Shown: in pieces, positions 37,926 to 49,619 of the stretch | How positions within the stretch are numbered: position 1 is the stretch's first letter | Layout of the letters: each line of letters opens with the position of its first letter | Assembly (NCBI RefSeq): GCF_001194135.2 | Contig: NC_068986.1 | Coordinates: forward strand, 1,740,014-1,795,629 | Direction: 5' to 3' | Source: Octopus bimaculoides | Lineage: Eukaryota | DNA length: 55,616 bases | Notes under the pieces: generated by a model | Database searches by the model: none | Seen by the model: only the letters and a program-made list of their open reading frames with translations | Told to the model about the DNA's origin: nothing | Program-made: the position numbers and the translations under genes

Positions 37926-38250
37926 ATCATCATCATCATCATCGTTTAACACCCGTTTTCCATGCTGGCAGGGGTTGGACGGTTCGACTGGGGCTCTGGG
38001 AAGCCAGGAGGCTGCACCAGGCTCCAGTCTGATCTGGCAGTGTTTCTACAGCTGGATGCCCTTCCTAACGCCAACCACTCCATGAGGGTAGTGGGTGCTT
38101 TTTACATGTCACTGGCACAGGGGCCAGAGGAGAATGGCAATGGCTACAATCGGTTGGTGCTTTTTACGTCCCACCGGAAGCTAGTCAAGGCAGCGCTGAC
38201 ATCGGCCACATTCAGATGGTGCTTTTTACGTGCCTCTGGCACAGGTATCA
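37924..38250 (-). mobile_element. RTE 3' UTR copy
   Basis: (CAT)n tail plus the shared block and repeated GGTGCTTTTTAC units. Confidence 0.85.
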
Positions 38251-38319
38251 CAATTACAATTTCCATTTGATTTTTATTTTGACATTGATGTACTTGACTC
38301 ATTATATATATATATAATG

Positions 38320-38645
38320 TGAAGGCACATTGCACAGAGGTTAAAGCATCAGGCTTACAATTGTGAGGGTGTGAGTTTGATTCCTAGTTTGGGTTGTGTA
38401 TTGTATTCTTGGGCAAGATACTTTATTTCATGTTGCGCCAGTTCACTCAGCTGTAGAAATGAGTTGTGACGTCACTGTATCAGCGTTTTCATTGGACAAC
38501 ATCAATGGCATGGAGAGAGAGGGGGGGCTGGTATGCAATGGGCAACTGCTGGTCTTCCATAAACAAACTTGCCTGAACTTGTGCCTTGGAGGGGAACTTT
38601 CTAGGTGCAATCTCATAGTCATTCATGACCGATGGGGGGGGGGGG
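38320..38645 (+). mobile_element. tRNA-derived SINE with S3-like core and a different tail
   Basis: Decayed head, CTTGGGCAAGATACTTTATTTCATGTTGCGCCAGTTCACTCAGCTG core. Confidence 0.65.
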
Positions 38646-39147
38646 TCTTTACTTTATATATATATAATATATATGTATATTTATATTATATAAACACAGA
38701 GACACATGCACATATATATGCATGCATATACACACAAGCACAAATACCTGCATGCATACACAGTGTATGTACACAAGCAAACACACATAGACATACGTCT
38801 TGTATGTGTTACTTGTTAAAATTACAAAGTGAGTAGTTTTGTTTGCTTTGGGTCATCTGTCTCCTAGATGTCACTGTCAACTGTTTGATGCTGGATATTC
38901 TAACCAGTGTAAGAAACATAAATATGAACGCAGGAAATGCAACAATGTGTTCTTGAAGAGTTCTATAGCCCCAAAACTGGTGCATTATTCAAGAAAATTA
39001 GTTTCATCAGCCAAAACTTCCAGTGTAAAAATATTTTACTTTCTATCCTTTGGGAATGAATGCATTCAAGCATTCTACATAAATTCATGCACGCAAATTA
39101 ATAAATGTATGCATATAAATATATAAACTGTGTTATGCACATATATA

Positions 39148-39602
39148 TGCAGGCATGGTTGTTTGGTGGAAAAGCTTGCTTTCCAACCATGTGGTCTTGG
39201 GTTCAGTCCCACTGTGCAACACCCACTGCAGGGCACCTTGGGTAAATGTCTTCTGTTATAGCCTTGGCCAAGCAAAGCCTTAACAGTGGATATAGTAGAT
39301 GGAAACTGAAAGAAGTGTGTGTGTGTGTGTGTGTGTGTGTCTGTGTGTGTGTGTGTGCGCGTGTGTTTGTGAGTGTGTGTGTGAGTGTGTTTGTGTGAGT
39401 GTATGAGTATGAGTGAGTGTGTGTATGTATGTTATATCTAAGTGTTTCTTTGTATAACTTAGCGGCTCAGCAAACGGTCCCCATAGAACAAGTACCATGC
39501 TTAAAAGAAAAAAAAAGTACTAGGGGCGATTTCTTTCGACTAAATCTTTCAAGGTCGTGCCCCATCATGGCCGTAGTCCAATGATTGAAACAAGTAAAAA
39601 AG
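39148..39602 (+). mobile_element. SINE family S1 with internal (GT)n
   Basis: S1 head with an internal duplication (CCCACTGTGCAACACCCACTGCAG), (GT)n, 3' half. Confidence 0.8.
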
Positions 39603-40804
39603 ATACATACGTATGAAATGGGGGTGGAGGTATCAGATGTTGCCCCGCGTGTGCATAAAAGCATGGACGTGAGCGTTTGCATGTTTGGTTTTTGTTCTAC
39701 GTGTGTGTTTACAGACACATTCTCAAAAGGAAATTAACAGCTCTGGTACTTTCATTCTGCCTGAATTTCCTGTAAATTTAAAACAGATCAATCGTTTGCT
39801 GAACTGTGATACTTTCACTATGTCTGCAATTCGTGGAATCACTTAAAACTATTATAAGGTAGCCGAGAACCGAGAAATATGCGTAAATTTAACTTCAAAT
39901 ACATGCGTATATTGTTAGATATATATATAGATATTTGGCACGTATATTTTTTATTTTTGTTACCATTATTACCACAAAATAATAATAAGATGGCTGTGGA
40001 GAGGCATGACTTTTTATTCAATTAATCCCTTCTGTTATAGTTTGCTGCAACATAACTAGAAAACTGAACATTCATCACTGAATTTTCAATAAGCACGCTG
40101 ATAGTATGCGCGCGAGTATGTGTGAGAGAGCAGACACACATGCATACATGCATACCTACATATATTTATATACATGCACACATATACACATATATAAATG
40201 CATAGTATATATGCATATGAATCCATATAATCATATACAAAATATAAACGCACGCACATACATACATACATACATACATATTTCGTTGTGGATCGTTTTA
40301 CTGACGATAGAAGAGGGTTCTGAAAAACCTGCACGCATGATTTGTTTATGGTGACCAAATGTTTGTACTGTGCATTAGCTCAATCTCTCAATCAAATCAA
40401 CATTGCCCGCGCAGCATCCTAACCACTAAGCCACACACACGCGCGCGCGTTGGATTCTCACATCAATTTTGATGACTTGGCACCATCCACTTTGTTTTTA
40501 TTAATTACACAGCCTTATTCATTGAAGGAGCATGCAAAGTATCTGAATTTCCTTAAGGGTACACGTGTTTGTAGCCTTAAGGAAATCCACAGGAAAAGAA
40601 TTAGGGTTAGATTTGTGCGTCAAGGTTTTTGAATTGTTGTTCGTTTTACTGGACTCTGCATAATTTCCGCCCACCCAGATTCTCTAAACCGGAGGGCATT
40701 GTAAATAGGTTTACCGAAGCGAGGTGGAATCTAGGAAGTCATTGGTGCGAAACAAACTTCGCCAACACACACACACATGCATACAAACATTACATCATAC
40801 ATAC

Positions 40805-40838
<34 letters not shown>

Positions 40839-41986
40839 ATATATAGTAAATCCCCAAAATAACGAACACAAAAAAAAACGCGAGGACGTGGTACATGTAA
40901 TAAATTAGCAAACGCTCAGGAAAGGAAACGATAGGCTTCTTTCAGTTTCTTCTACGATAGCCTGTAGGGACATACATCTATAAATTGGGGCTATAACAGG
41001 ACACATTTACCCAAGATGACAACATATCGGGAGCGAACTCAAAATCCAGGCTGGGAAGCAAACTTCTTAACCACGCAGCTCTCTCTCTCTCTCTCTCTCT
41101 TTCCACACACATATATATATAAGTATATAATACATATATACATACATACATGCATACATACATACATACATGCATACATACATATATATATATATATGTA
41201 TGTATGTATGCATGTATGTATGTATGCATACATATACACACATACAAATATTCCTACAAACATACATACAACATATGAATGTATATAATTTATTCTGAAT
41301 TTATTGATATCTGGATTTACCATTATACTTACAGACACACACACACCTGTTGCATTATACAGGTGAATATGTTCAAAATTCTGTAGAGGCAGATGACTGA
41401 CAGTGTCTATTGTGTGTGTGTTGTTGTGTGCGTGTGTGTGTGTATCTGTTTCTCTGTGTCTGATATAATACATTTACGGTATATTAGATAATTAACCACT
41501 TAGACATGACACATTTTCAACGGAACAGTCACAGTTTCTTTGAATACACTATTCTTCACAAATTATTCACGCAAGAAATACCAGAAAAAACGTATTTGAA
41601 TACATTTGCATAAACTCACACACGCAAACACACACACACACACATATACACAGACTGACGGTTTTAAAATAAAGACGATATTTTTCGTTAACAAAAAAGG
41701 GTAAGTTAACAGAAAATGTTGGTGGGGAAAACAGTTCCAGGAAAGCAGTCTTTTACACTTAGGTTATTCTAGATGAGGTATGAAGGACTAACAATAGAAG
41801 TTCCTACTGATAAAGCTCGGTTGGAATCCTTACAGGTTGCTGGTAATTGTTGTTTACCTTTCAAGACAGCCCTTTCCGACAGATTAACGACATTCCAGCC
41901 ATGGCCGTCACGCCTGTTTTAGGTATACTAATCCCCGTCCGTATTTCGCTATTCATTGCGTCCCTTTTTGTTCCATTACGGAATAG

Positions 41987-42130
41987 GGCGGAGGTAAAGA
42001 ATACATGCACCACTCGTTTTAGGCGTAACAAAAACCCTAACCCTAAACCCTAAGCCTAAACCCTAACCCTAACCCTAAACCCTAAGCCTAAACCTTAACC
42101 ACCGGGTGTACGTATTCTTTACTTTCGACC
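41987..42130. mobile_element. MITE-like element: ~25-bp inverted repeats around telomere-like (CCCTAA) repeats
   Basis: GGCGGAGGTAAAGAATACATGCACC (41987-42011) versus GGTGTACGTATTCTTTACTTTCGACC (42105-42130); CCCTAA/CCCTAAA/GCCTAAA units at 42033-42100. Confidence 0.65.
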
Positions 42131-43627
42131 GGTATAGTGTGGTTTGGGAGATATTTGGCTGCTATTTCTAGTTGGTTCAGCGACTACCCTAAATGGCTCG
42201 ATGTTAGCAGATTTCCTTTTCCTTTCATTTTCTTTTTTTCTTAGAATCCTACGATGAAAAACATTCCAGTTCTGACAATTTAAGCTTTTTGTTTTTGTTT
42301 CTCTTTTTTTTTCTTTTTGCTTTGTTTTTTTTTTGTATCGTTTTATCTAGATTTATCCAATACCTTTGTTCTTCCTTTTTTCAAGATAGTAGGAAATAAT
42401 TTGAGGGAGATTTGGCTGCTATCTCAAGCACCATCGCAAAGAGTCCCTCGTGCAACTTAGTAGTAGTTAGGAATGTATAAGATGGGGAGAGAGAGAGCGA
42501 GAATTTCGGAGGGACTTGGTTTAAGGATTGAGATGTCGACATAAGTGTTTAATATATACAAAATAGGAATCCGATGATGAATTATAATGGGTGGAGGAAA
42601 AAGTAACAAGAATGGGAGCACGAAAGACAGGATACTACGGTCAACAAGTTCCGTTAGTCGAAGTACCTACCACGAAAAAAGGATTCACGGCAGTGCTTGT
42701 TTTGTATTAATTTCAGTTTAAAATGAGCAACTGTTGAGGGGAAAAATGTGGGGAAGCCATTATAGTTTTATGAATTATAAATTGCGTTGAACGGCGATTG
42801 ACTTGTGTCATTTTAAGAAGTATTGATTATATGTATAAATATATGTGCGTGTGTGTGTGTGCGTGCATGTACACAAGAGAGATACTGTAATAAGATACGT
42901 GTGTGTGTGCGTGTAGACATTTACGTGCATCGTTCACAACATCCGAACAAAATTAGCGCGTATCCGTGGATGCGCGTACGCTGCATTTGAAGATCTCAAT
43001 GGACACGTTCAGTGTGCACGTACGTAAGTTTGTGTGTTTCTGTGCATATACTAATATATAGACAAACACACATTGTACAAAAATAAATACCGAAAGAATA
43101 AACATAAACATAACAAACTATATCTTTCTCAAGATGCAAACATGCTATTTTTTCATAAAACATTGTCAAATTATGTAACTAAAAAAAAAAAACAATGCAC
43201 AGACAAAATAACATCTTGTTTTTATGCCCCAAACTACAAACATTTTAAAATAAAACAATAAAACTTGCTCGTAGAAGAATCTGCATGTTTGGCATTTATG
43301 AATGCAGAGAGAGAGAGATTTACAGGAAAGAATGTAATAAAGAGAGGATAGAGAGTGAAAATGAAAGAAAAATGAAATTCAGAGACGATTCGAACCCATA
43401 TAAACACATTTACATACACTTGTAAGTGCATGCTCTTTTAAATATTCTAATTAGATCGAGTTCAGGAAAATCCACGTTTGAAATTTTTAATGTCACACGC
43501 ATAAATCTATAGTCGCTTCGTCTGAACAGGTAAGCTATGTGTATCTCAGTGCACGCTCCGCGCAGGTAGCAACCTGCTTGCTATTCTGTGATGTAACTGT
43601 CCGTACCCTAGAGTGTCACTCCCTCAC

Positions 43628-43741
43628 CTGGCAGGATAGATGTATGTACCCCATCATACACAGTAGTACGCGCAACACACAATACAGACGTTCTCGAGTG
43701 TACTAAGCTTTGTAGGTGCTTGTTAAATACACGCTTCTCAC
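43628..43741 (-). other. Candidate 114-nt exon with a possible start codon (MMGYIHLSCQ, phase-0 donor)
   Basis: Acceptor TTTGTATTTCCCGAAATACTCAG|G at 43742; donor CAG|GTGAGG at 43627; ATG at 43657 in frame to the donor. Confidence 0.5.
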
Positions 43742-44345
43742 CTGAGTATTTCGGGAAATACAAATGTATATATATATATATATATACTTCAACTTTAACA
43801 CACACTCTTTACAGGAGTGTGCGTGTCAGAGAGAGAAAGAGAGAGCAGAGAATGTGTGTGAGAGGAAGAAAAAGCAGGGAGAAAGAATGTGTGTGTGTGT
43901 GTGATGTTAGATCTACCCTGTTAATCGAAGAATGAATGTCAGATTTTTTTCCCTTTCTTCGGTCACAGTAACATATCTTTGCTTTATTTATTTGTTACAC
44001 GTACACAATCAGAAAATTGTATAAAAGAGAAAATGAGGGCCGCCAACTCACACATGAACAACAAATAAACATATCTACATTATGTAAGAATGTTTTTTGT
44101 GCTCCGAATACACTTACCACAGCTTGAGACCATTCGGAATTTACTTTTCATTTCAGTGTACGCGTATAAATTATCTCACCCCACCCACCCTTTATGTATC
44201 ATCATGTTTATATTCTCTGAATGAGACAACCAGCAATATACGACAAAGTGAGCGCCAAATTGTATGTATGCGTGCATTTGGGTGTACAGTGCGCTCTGGC
44301 ACACGACTGACAAAAGAAAAAGAAAGACAGAAATAAGTATCTTAC

Positions 44346-45453
44346 CTGAAAAATGTAGGCTAAACCAGCAAAGTATGTCCGATTCTTACTACGATAATAA
44401 TATATTATACAGACTAATCTCCTTTGATCCTTGTTGTAAGAGCCGCGTGGAGCTAGCTCCGTGTAGTTAGGGCCTTCCTGCAGCCGACTTGATATGCCGG
44501 TGCAATAGCAAATCTGTTAACTACTAAGTGACTCTATAGTAGTATCGCATCGGCCGTTAATGCTGGCTTCTCGAGGAAGTAACAATAACAACTCTAGTAC
44601 CGATGGGAAGCCGTGTTTGCCGATGAAATAGTAGTAGTAGTAGTAGTGGTGGTGGTGAGAGCTAGCAAATGTGTGTGTATTGATATTGATGGTGGTGGTG
44701 GTGGTGGTGGTGAAGGAGACGAGCACTGCGGGCTGAGTGACTCTCGGAGAGAGACAGTCAGACAGAGTGAATGAAGTGAGGTAAGAAGAGAAAGTGAAAG
44801 ACTGAATAAAAAGAAGAAAGAGTATGGAGGTAGAAAAAAATATATAACAATAGACTGAGAACGAACAAGGAGAAAATTCGAGGAAAAGAGGCAAATGCAA
44901 AAAAAGAAAGGGAGAAAGAAAATGGTCAGAAAGAGAGTAGAAAATGGAACGATTTAAAGAAAGAGAGAGAGACGGACATAATACAGAAGAGGATAGATAA
45001 TGAGAGCGAGAGAGGCGGCGAGGGGGGACGAAGTTGAGGAGGAGGAAAGAAGGAGAAGAGTAGAAGAGGATAAAGGAAGAAGAAGAAGAAGAAGAAGAAG
45101 AAGAAGAAGAAGAAGAAGAAAATCGGGGGCAGGGAGAGAACGAGGGTAGAAGGAAGATGGTGTAGCGAAAATGAAGAAAATAAAAGGTGAAGGAAAGTAA
45201 GTAGAACGAATATGATTTATGAAGGGGTTACAGAGAGACAAGGGGAAAAGAATTGATGAGGCTGTGCAGACGTCGTTACGTTGTGGTGGATGTAAATAAA
45301 TCTCAGTCACTTTTCAGAAAGTCAGTCTGAACATGTCTTTTTTGTTTCACTAAAATGCCTATTGGTCCATTAATATAAACAAAGTGAACACCAACGAGAG
45401 GACTAGAGAGAGAAAGAGAGAGAGAGAGAAAAAGAGAGAGAGAGCGAGAATAA
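44346..45453 (-). other. Candidate 1.1-kb pyrimidine-rich 5' UTR exon
   Basis: Acceptor TTCGTCCCCCCTTACAG|T at 45454; donor CAG|GTAAGA at 44345. No non-repetitive ORF reaches the donor. Confidence 0.4.
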
Positions 45454-46074
45454 CTGTAAGGGGGGACGAATTGGATGGTGGGGAGGGGTTAAATAAACTT
45501 AGGTTGATTTGCACGCGTACGGTAACATACTTATTTATTTAAAAAAACCCGCACAGAAGCATGCATGAACCACTATTATAAATAAATATATAAACAGTGG
45601 GAGAGGGGGGGATTTACATTTATGAGAGAGTGAACTTGAAGGTTGCTTCGTTCTTGCCCTTTCTCCCCACCAAAAAAAAACATTACATCAATAACCTTGA
45701 ATTGTAGAGAAGCTTACAATACGGTGTCATAACTTTCTTGCTTTTTCTAAGTATTTTTGTCAAATAAGGGAAGTGATTTCATTTGGATCAAAGCGGGAAC
45801 AGTTCGCGTCTGAGCTTCTACCAACCAACAAAAGAATTTCTACCTGTTAGAAATAACAGCCGTTTGTTTTCTTTTTTTTTTTTACTTCTCAAATAAACCC
45901 CTACCCTCTTAAATAAGGAAAAAACATTGATTTAATGTATTAATAAATACTTCCTCCTTTTAAAAGAAAAACCTGAAAAAAAAATTCTAAAAACTGGAAT
46001 ACTTTTAATCCCAGGTCCGTTGACCTGGTGCTAAGCAACAACGAAGTCACTATGCGGTCGCAAACCTAACGAGT

Positions 46075-46260
46075 CTCTGTGCGGTCGTTCAACTTGCTAA
46101 AAATAGCTGCCAAATATTTCCAAATTATATCATGCCTTCTCAAAAAGATTTAAAAGAAGAATTAGACGATGTAGTCTGAAAGTTTAAAAAAATGGATAGC
46201 ACTACTACAGCGCTTTTGATTGTAAGCTCGCTCATTCAGGCCAACAACAATAACAATTTT
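46075..46260 (+). mobile_element. Dispersed repeat with the TTGCTAGAAATAGCAGCCAAAT motif (also ~33735-33925, 42150, 42410, 53400-53550)
   Basis: Recurrent motif and (AAC)n tail at several places in the window. Confidence 0.6.
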
Positions 46261-46690
46261 TGTTTTCATTAGTATGCAGGCGATGTAGGATGAGGTGTGC
46301 AGGAGTCGTGGACCACGCAGGGTGGCCTCTCTATATACGCGTGTTTGCTGTAGTCGAAGATATGTTGCGATTAAGAAGGGGGAGCCAAAAACCCACCCTA
46401 CGCCTCTGTATCTGCGTGGGAATGTTGACTTTTATCCGAACATATATCACCGAACATTAAAAACGTGGATGGTTATTATTAGTTGAGTAACAGTGGATGT
46501 AGAATGGATGTGGGATGGATGTGGGATGTATACTAACACTGCTCTGTTGTGTCGCGACGCATTATACACTATCATATAATAAACCGCATCGTATGATTTG
46601 ATTTGATATATTGCAGTACGGTGTGTGCTATGGTATTCTTCGTGACAAAAGTCTACGGCACTAAGCGCAGATCTATGCAACTTAACCTAC

Positions 46691-46718
46691 TCGGCAATGA
46701 ATATCCAACTCTGTTCGT

Positions 46719-46805
<87 letters not shown>

Positions 46806-46927
46806 CCATCGTTTTCGAACGTGACCAAGCCATTGACGACAGCGCACCAGCAACAGCGCAGAGACCGGAGAAGCGCATCTACTCTCACCTACACTACACG
46901 TTCTGTGTCCCCTCACCACTGAGCTCT
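46691..46927 (-). other. Candidate first (non-coding) exon of a minus-strand gene
   Basis: CpG-rich leader with (GT)n(GA)n; donor CGA|GTAGGT at 46690; Inr-like TTCAGA/TCAGT at 46920-46927. Confidence 0.4.
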
Positions 46928-46980
46928 GAAGTGACTCTATGACATTGTCGTATATATGCATGTGATAATCTGACTCATGC
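46915..46980 (-). promoter_or_regulatory. Candidate core promoter (TATA-like, Inr-like, AP-1 motif)
   Basis: Minus TATATA at 46956-46951, 29 nt before an Inr-like A (46927); TCAGT with A at 46920; TGACTCA at 46971-46977. Confidence 0.4.
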
Positions 46981-47235
46981 AACGATAGCTTCGCCGTCTG
47001 CATGTGATTCCAAGAATTTCGAATCTTGATTTGCGCTGGACTTAGAATCTAAAAAAAAAGGTAACCTGCTCCTGATTCTTTCTCCCGTTCTTCGTTTCCT
47101 GGATCAGTGGGAACGCAGGACGAGATAACGGGAGGGATACCAGAGATATAGTGAGGTGTGCAGGCCAATCTACAAATCACACTCTGCTCTGAAATATGCG
47201 CCCCACGGTGATGCTGCAAGATATCGCCTTACTCC

Positions 47236-47397
47236 CATGGCGTAGCTAGTGTGAGTGCCGCTCGGAGCAAACTTTGAATTTGCTCCCCCGCCCAGATCCC
47301 AGGCCCCCACAACCTTTATAAACTTATACAGCAGACCTCAAAGTCCCGCCATGGCATAGCCCTGGGTGAACCGACCCATTTGCTAGCTACATTACTG
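47236..47397. mobile_element. Possible MITE (CAGTGGCGTAGCTAG-type ends)
   Basis: CATGGCGTAGCTAG at 47236 and CTAGCTACATTACTG ending at 47397. Confidence 0.4.
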
Positions 47398-47784
47398 TTT
47401 TCTTTATACCTGAGTTCCCCAGCCGATCGCTAGGGGACAAGCTCTTAAAGAATTTCGCCAAGAGTTTAAAACTCGTCGTTGGCCTTCAACTTGGTTTAAC
47501 CGACCTGTTTCTAAATGCAATCAGACATCTCGTAGAATCACAGGTGAAAACTGGGAATCAGGTAGGGGCCAGTGGCTGATGAACTGTCCCGAAAAAGGAA
47601 CTTCTTGCTTTTTCTTACTTCTTACTGTCCCTCCCTGATACATCATACTACACCAACTCCATACTTTATCCAAAATGTGTGTAAAAGTTATTGGATAAGG
47701 TGGAAGTCGAATGAAAGTATTGGAAAGCTTTTTTTCTGTAACACTGAATTCATTGGGTCATCAACCTCCTACTATGGCGCAAAC

Positions 47785-47995
47785 GGCAGTGCGTTGGCAG
47801 ACTCGCTAGCATGCCGGACGAAATGCTTAGCAGCATTTCTTCCATCTTTACGTTCCGAGTTTAAATTCCTCCGAGGTCATCTTTGCCTCTCATCTTTTCG
47901 GAGTCAATAAAATGAGTACCAGTTGAGCACTGGGTCGATCTAATTCACTTAGCCCCATCCCCGAAATTACCGGCCTTGTGCCAAAATTTGAAATC
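47785..47995 (+). mobile_element. SINE family S2
   Basis: Collinear with 49168-49382. Confidence 0.85.
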
Positions 47996-47999
47996 AATG

Positions 48000-48400
48000 T
48001 AGATTCCTGGCGTCCATCCATAGTTTTCAAAAACCTTATTAATAATGTCAGAAGAATTTTTAAACTGTCATCGAATAAAGAAATTTTCCACAATGTCATT
48101 CCATAACACAATAGAATTCTAGAAGCTAACAGATCCATGGATAGTATTACATCTACTCAGAACACATTCACCCATTCGATATCATCTGATTCACACTGCC
48201 CTTCCCTTTAAAAATTAAGCTAAAATGTCACCAGCCTTAAAAAATAAACATTTCACCCATTAACCATTAATTCAGAAAATATTTAATAGAAATAACCTTT
48301 AATTGATTTATAGCTGTACCTCAATACGAAAAACTTATAACAAACGAACCAATTTATTTAAACGAGGCCAAATGCGCTTTCAAAAATACAAATGCTGAAG
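48000..48400 (+). mobile_element. Penelope-like element fragment (thumb/linker region)
   Basis: Translation RPSIVFKNLINNVRRIFKLSSNKEIFHNVIP and NKHFTH*PLIQKIFNRNNL*LIYSC resembles the PLE pattern KHFP...HKIFNRNTVKLSYSC. Confidence 0.7.
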
Positions 48401-49167
48401 CGATTATCCACAAATCACTTCCGACAACCAGACTTAAACAACGTACGTAAATGGTGCTAATCAAAATGGGTCAATGGCAATAACACTGCTTTCGCCATAT
48501 TCCTCAAGGGCAAGAACAAGAGCCGCCTTAACAGTTTTACAGGCTCTGCGTAAATCAAAGCATTGGTCTCTAGAGTATTCATTTATTAACAGTAAACTAC
48601 GGCATACGTAGATCAGAATTGGGCCTCTATATCAGTGAGGTCCCCCGGCAACGGCGAATGTCCATGCCTTATAGTGGCACTGGAAAGAGCCCACTAATCG
48701 GTGACGTACTAGAATTGGTCTCTAGTAGATGTGTCTTTTAAAATGCCATACTGGTGGTCATTAAAGAAGAGAATGCTGGAGAAGATGATTGTTAATGGCT
48801 GCCTCGCTTTTCAGACATTTGAAGCTAGCGATAGGTTGATAGTAGACGGAATCAGAAAGGTGCTCCCCCCCCTCTCTCTCTCTCTCTCTCTTTGGGAGTA
48901 AGACATATGTTTGTGCGATCCTGAATGATGGGATATAACGCAGGAGAAAGGAGAAATAAAAGGAGAGAGAGAGAGAGAGAGAGATCTTGAAAAGAATTAA
49001 GAGTCTGGTGGAAATATGAGTTAGCCATGCAGTCTGGTGTATTCTTGAGAGTAATGGAAGGAGCATTATCTGGACCGGTGACTTTGGTGGTTTGAAGCCC
49101 TTGGGGGTAGTTTCGCATTTGTCATTTATTTGAATGCAGTATGCAGATAATATCCTTACACTATGTA

Positions 49168-49382
49168 AGGCGGCGAGCTGGCAGAGTGGTTAGCACGCCG
49201 GGCGAAATGCTTAGCGGTATTTCGTCTGTCTTTACGTTCTGAGTTCAAATTCCGCCGAGGTTGACTTTGCCTTTCATCCTTTCGGGGTCGATAAATTAAG
49301 TACGAGTTGCATACTGGGGTCGATCTACTCGATTGGCCCCCTCCTCAAAAATGTTGGGCCTTGTGCCTAGAGTAGAAAAGAA
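49168..49382 (+). mobile_element. tRNA-derived SINE (family S2) with a conserved central domain
   Basis: Head GGCGGCGAGCTGGCAGAGTGGTTAGC...GAGTTCAAATTCC, then GACTTTGCCTTTCATCCTTTCGGGGTCGATAAATTAAGTAC. As I recall, this resembles the Meta/MESC-type SINE core; naming needs a Dfam/SINEBase check. Confidence 0.9.
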
Positions 49383-49431
49383 TATCCTTAAAATATGTAT
49401 TTCGTAACATTTAATCTTTACAACAGAAACA

Positions 49432-49619
49432 GAAAGTAAGAGTGAGAGAAAGTTGTGGTGAAAGAGTACAGCAGGGTTCGCCACCATCCCCTGCCGGAGC
49501 CTCGTGGAGCTTTAGGTGTTTTCGCTCAATAAACACTCACAGCGCCCGGTCTGGGAATCGAAGCCGCGATCCTATGACCGCGAGTCCGCTGCCCTAACCA
49601 CTGGGCCATTGCGCCTCCA
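49432..49619 (-). mobile_element. Young tRNA-derived SINE (distinct family, octopus OR/OK-like)
   Basis: Minus head GGAGGCGCAATGGCCCAGTGGTTAGGGCAGCGGACTCGCGGTCATAGGATCGCGGCTTCGATTCCCAGACC with A/B boxes, followed by a non-tRNA body. No proper tRNA acceptor stem. Confidence 0.88.

Noticed and set aside
39800-40060. Possible GIY-YIG remnant on the minus strand (NKKSCLSTAI...)
   Set aside because: Similarity too weak to support by eye; needs a profile search.
43510-43535. Plus-strand donor CAG|GTAAGC suggesting an antisense first exon
   Set aside because: Single motif with no supporting promoter or partner exon.
48620-48670. HDV-like look (GGCAAC GGCGAATG, GNRA hairpin, 7-bp G-initiated stem)
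   Set aside because: The putative P1 closes a 9-nt loop, leaving no room for P2/P3/L3.
49545-49619. tRNA gene
   Set aside because: A/B boxes are present, but there is no proper acceptor stem and a SINE body follows.
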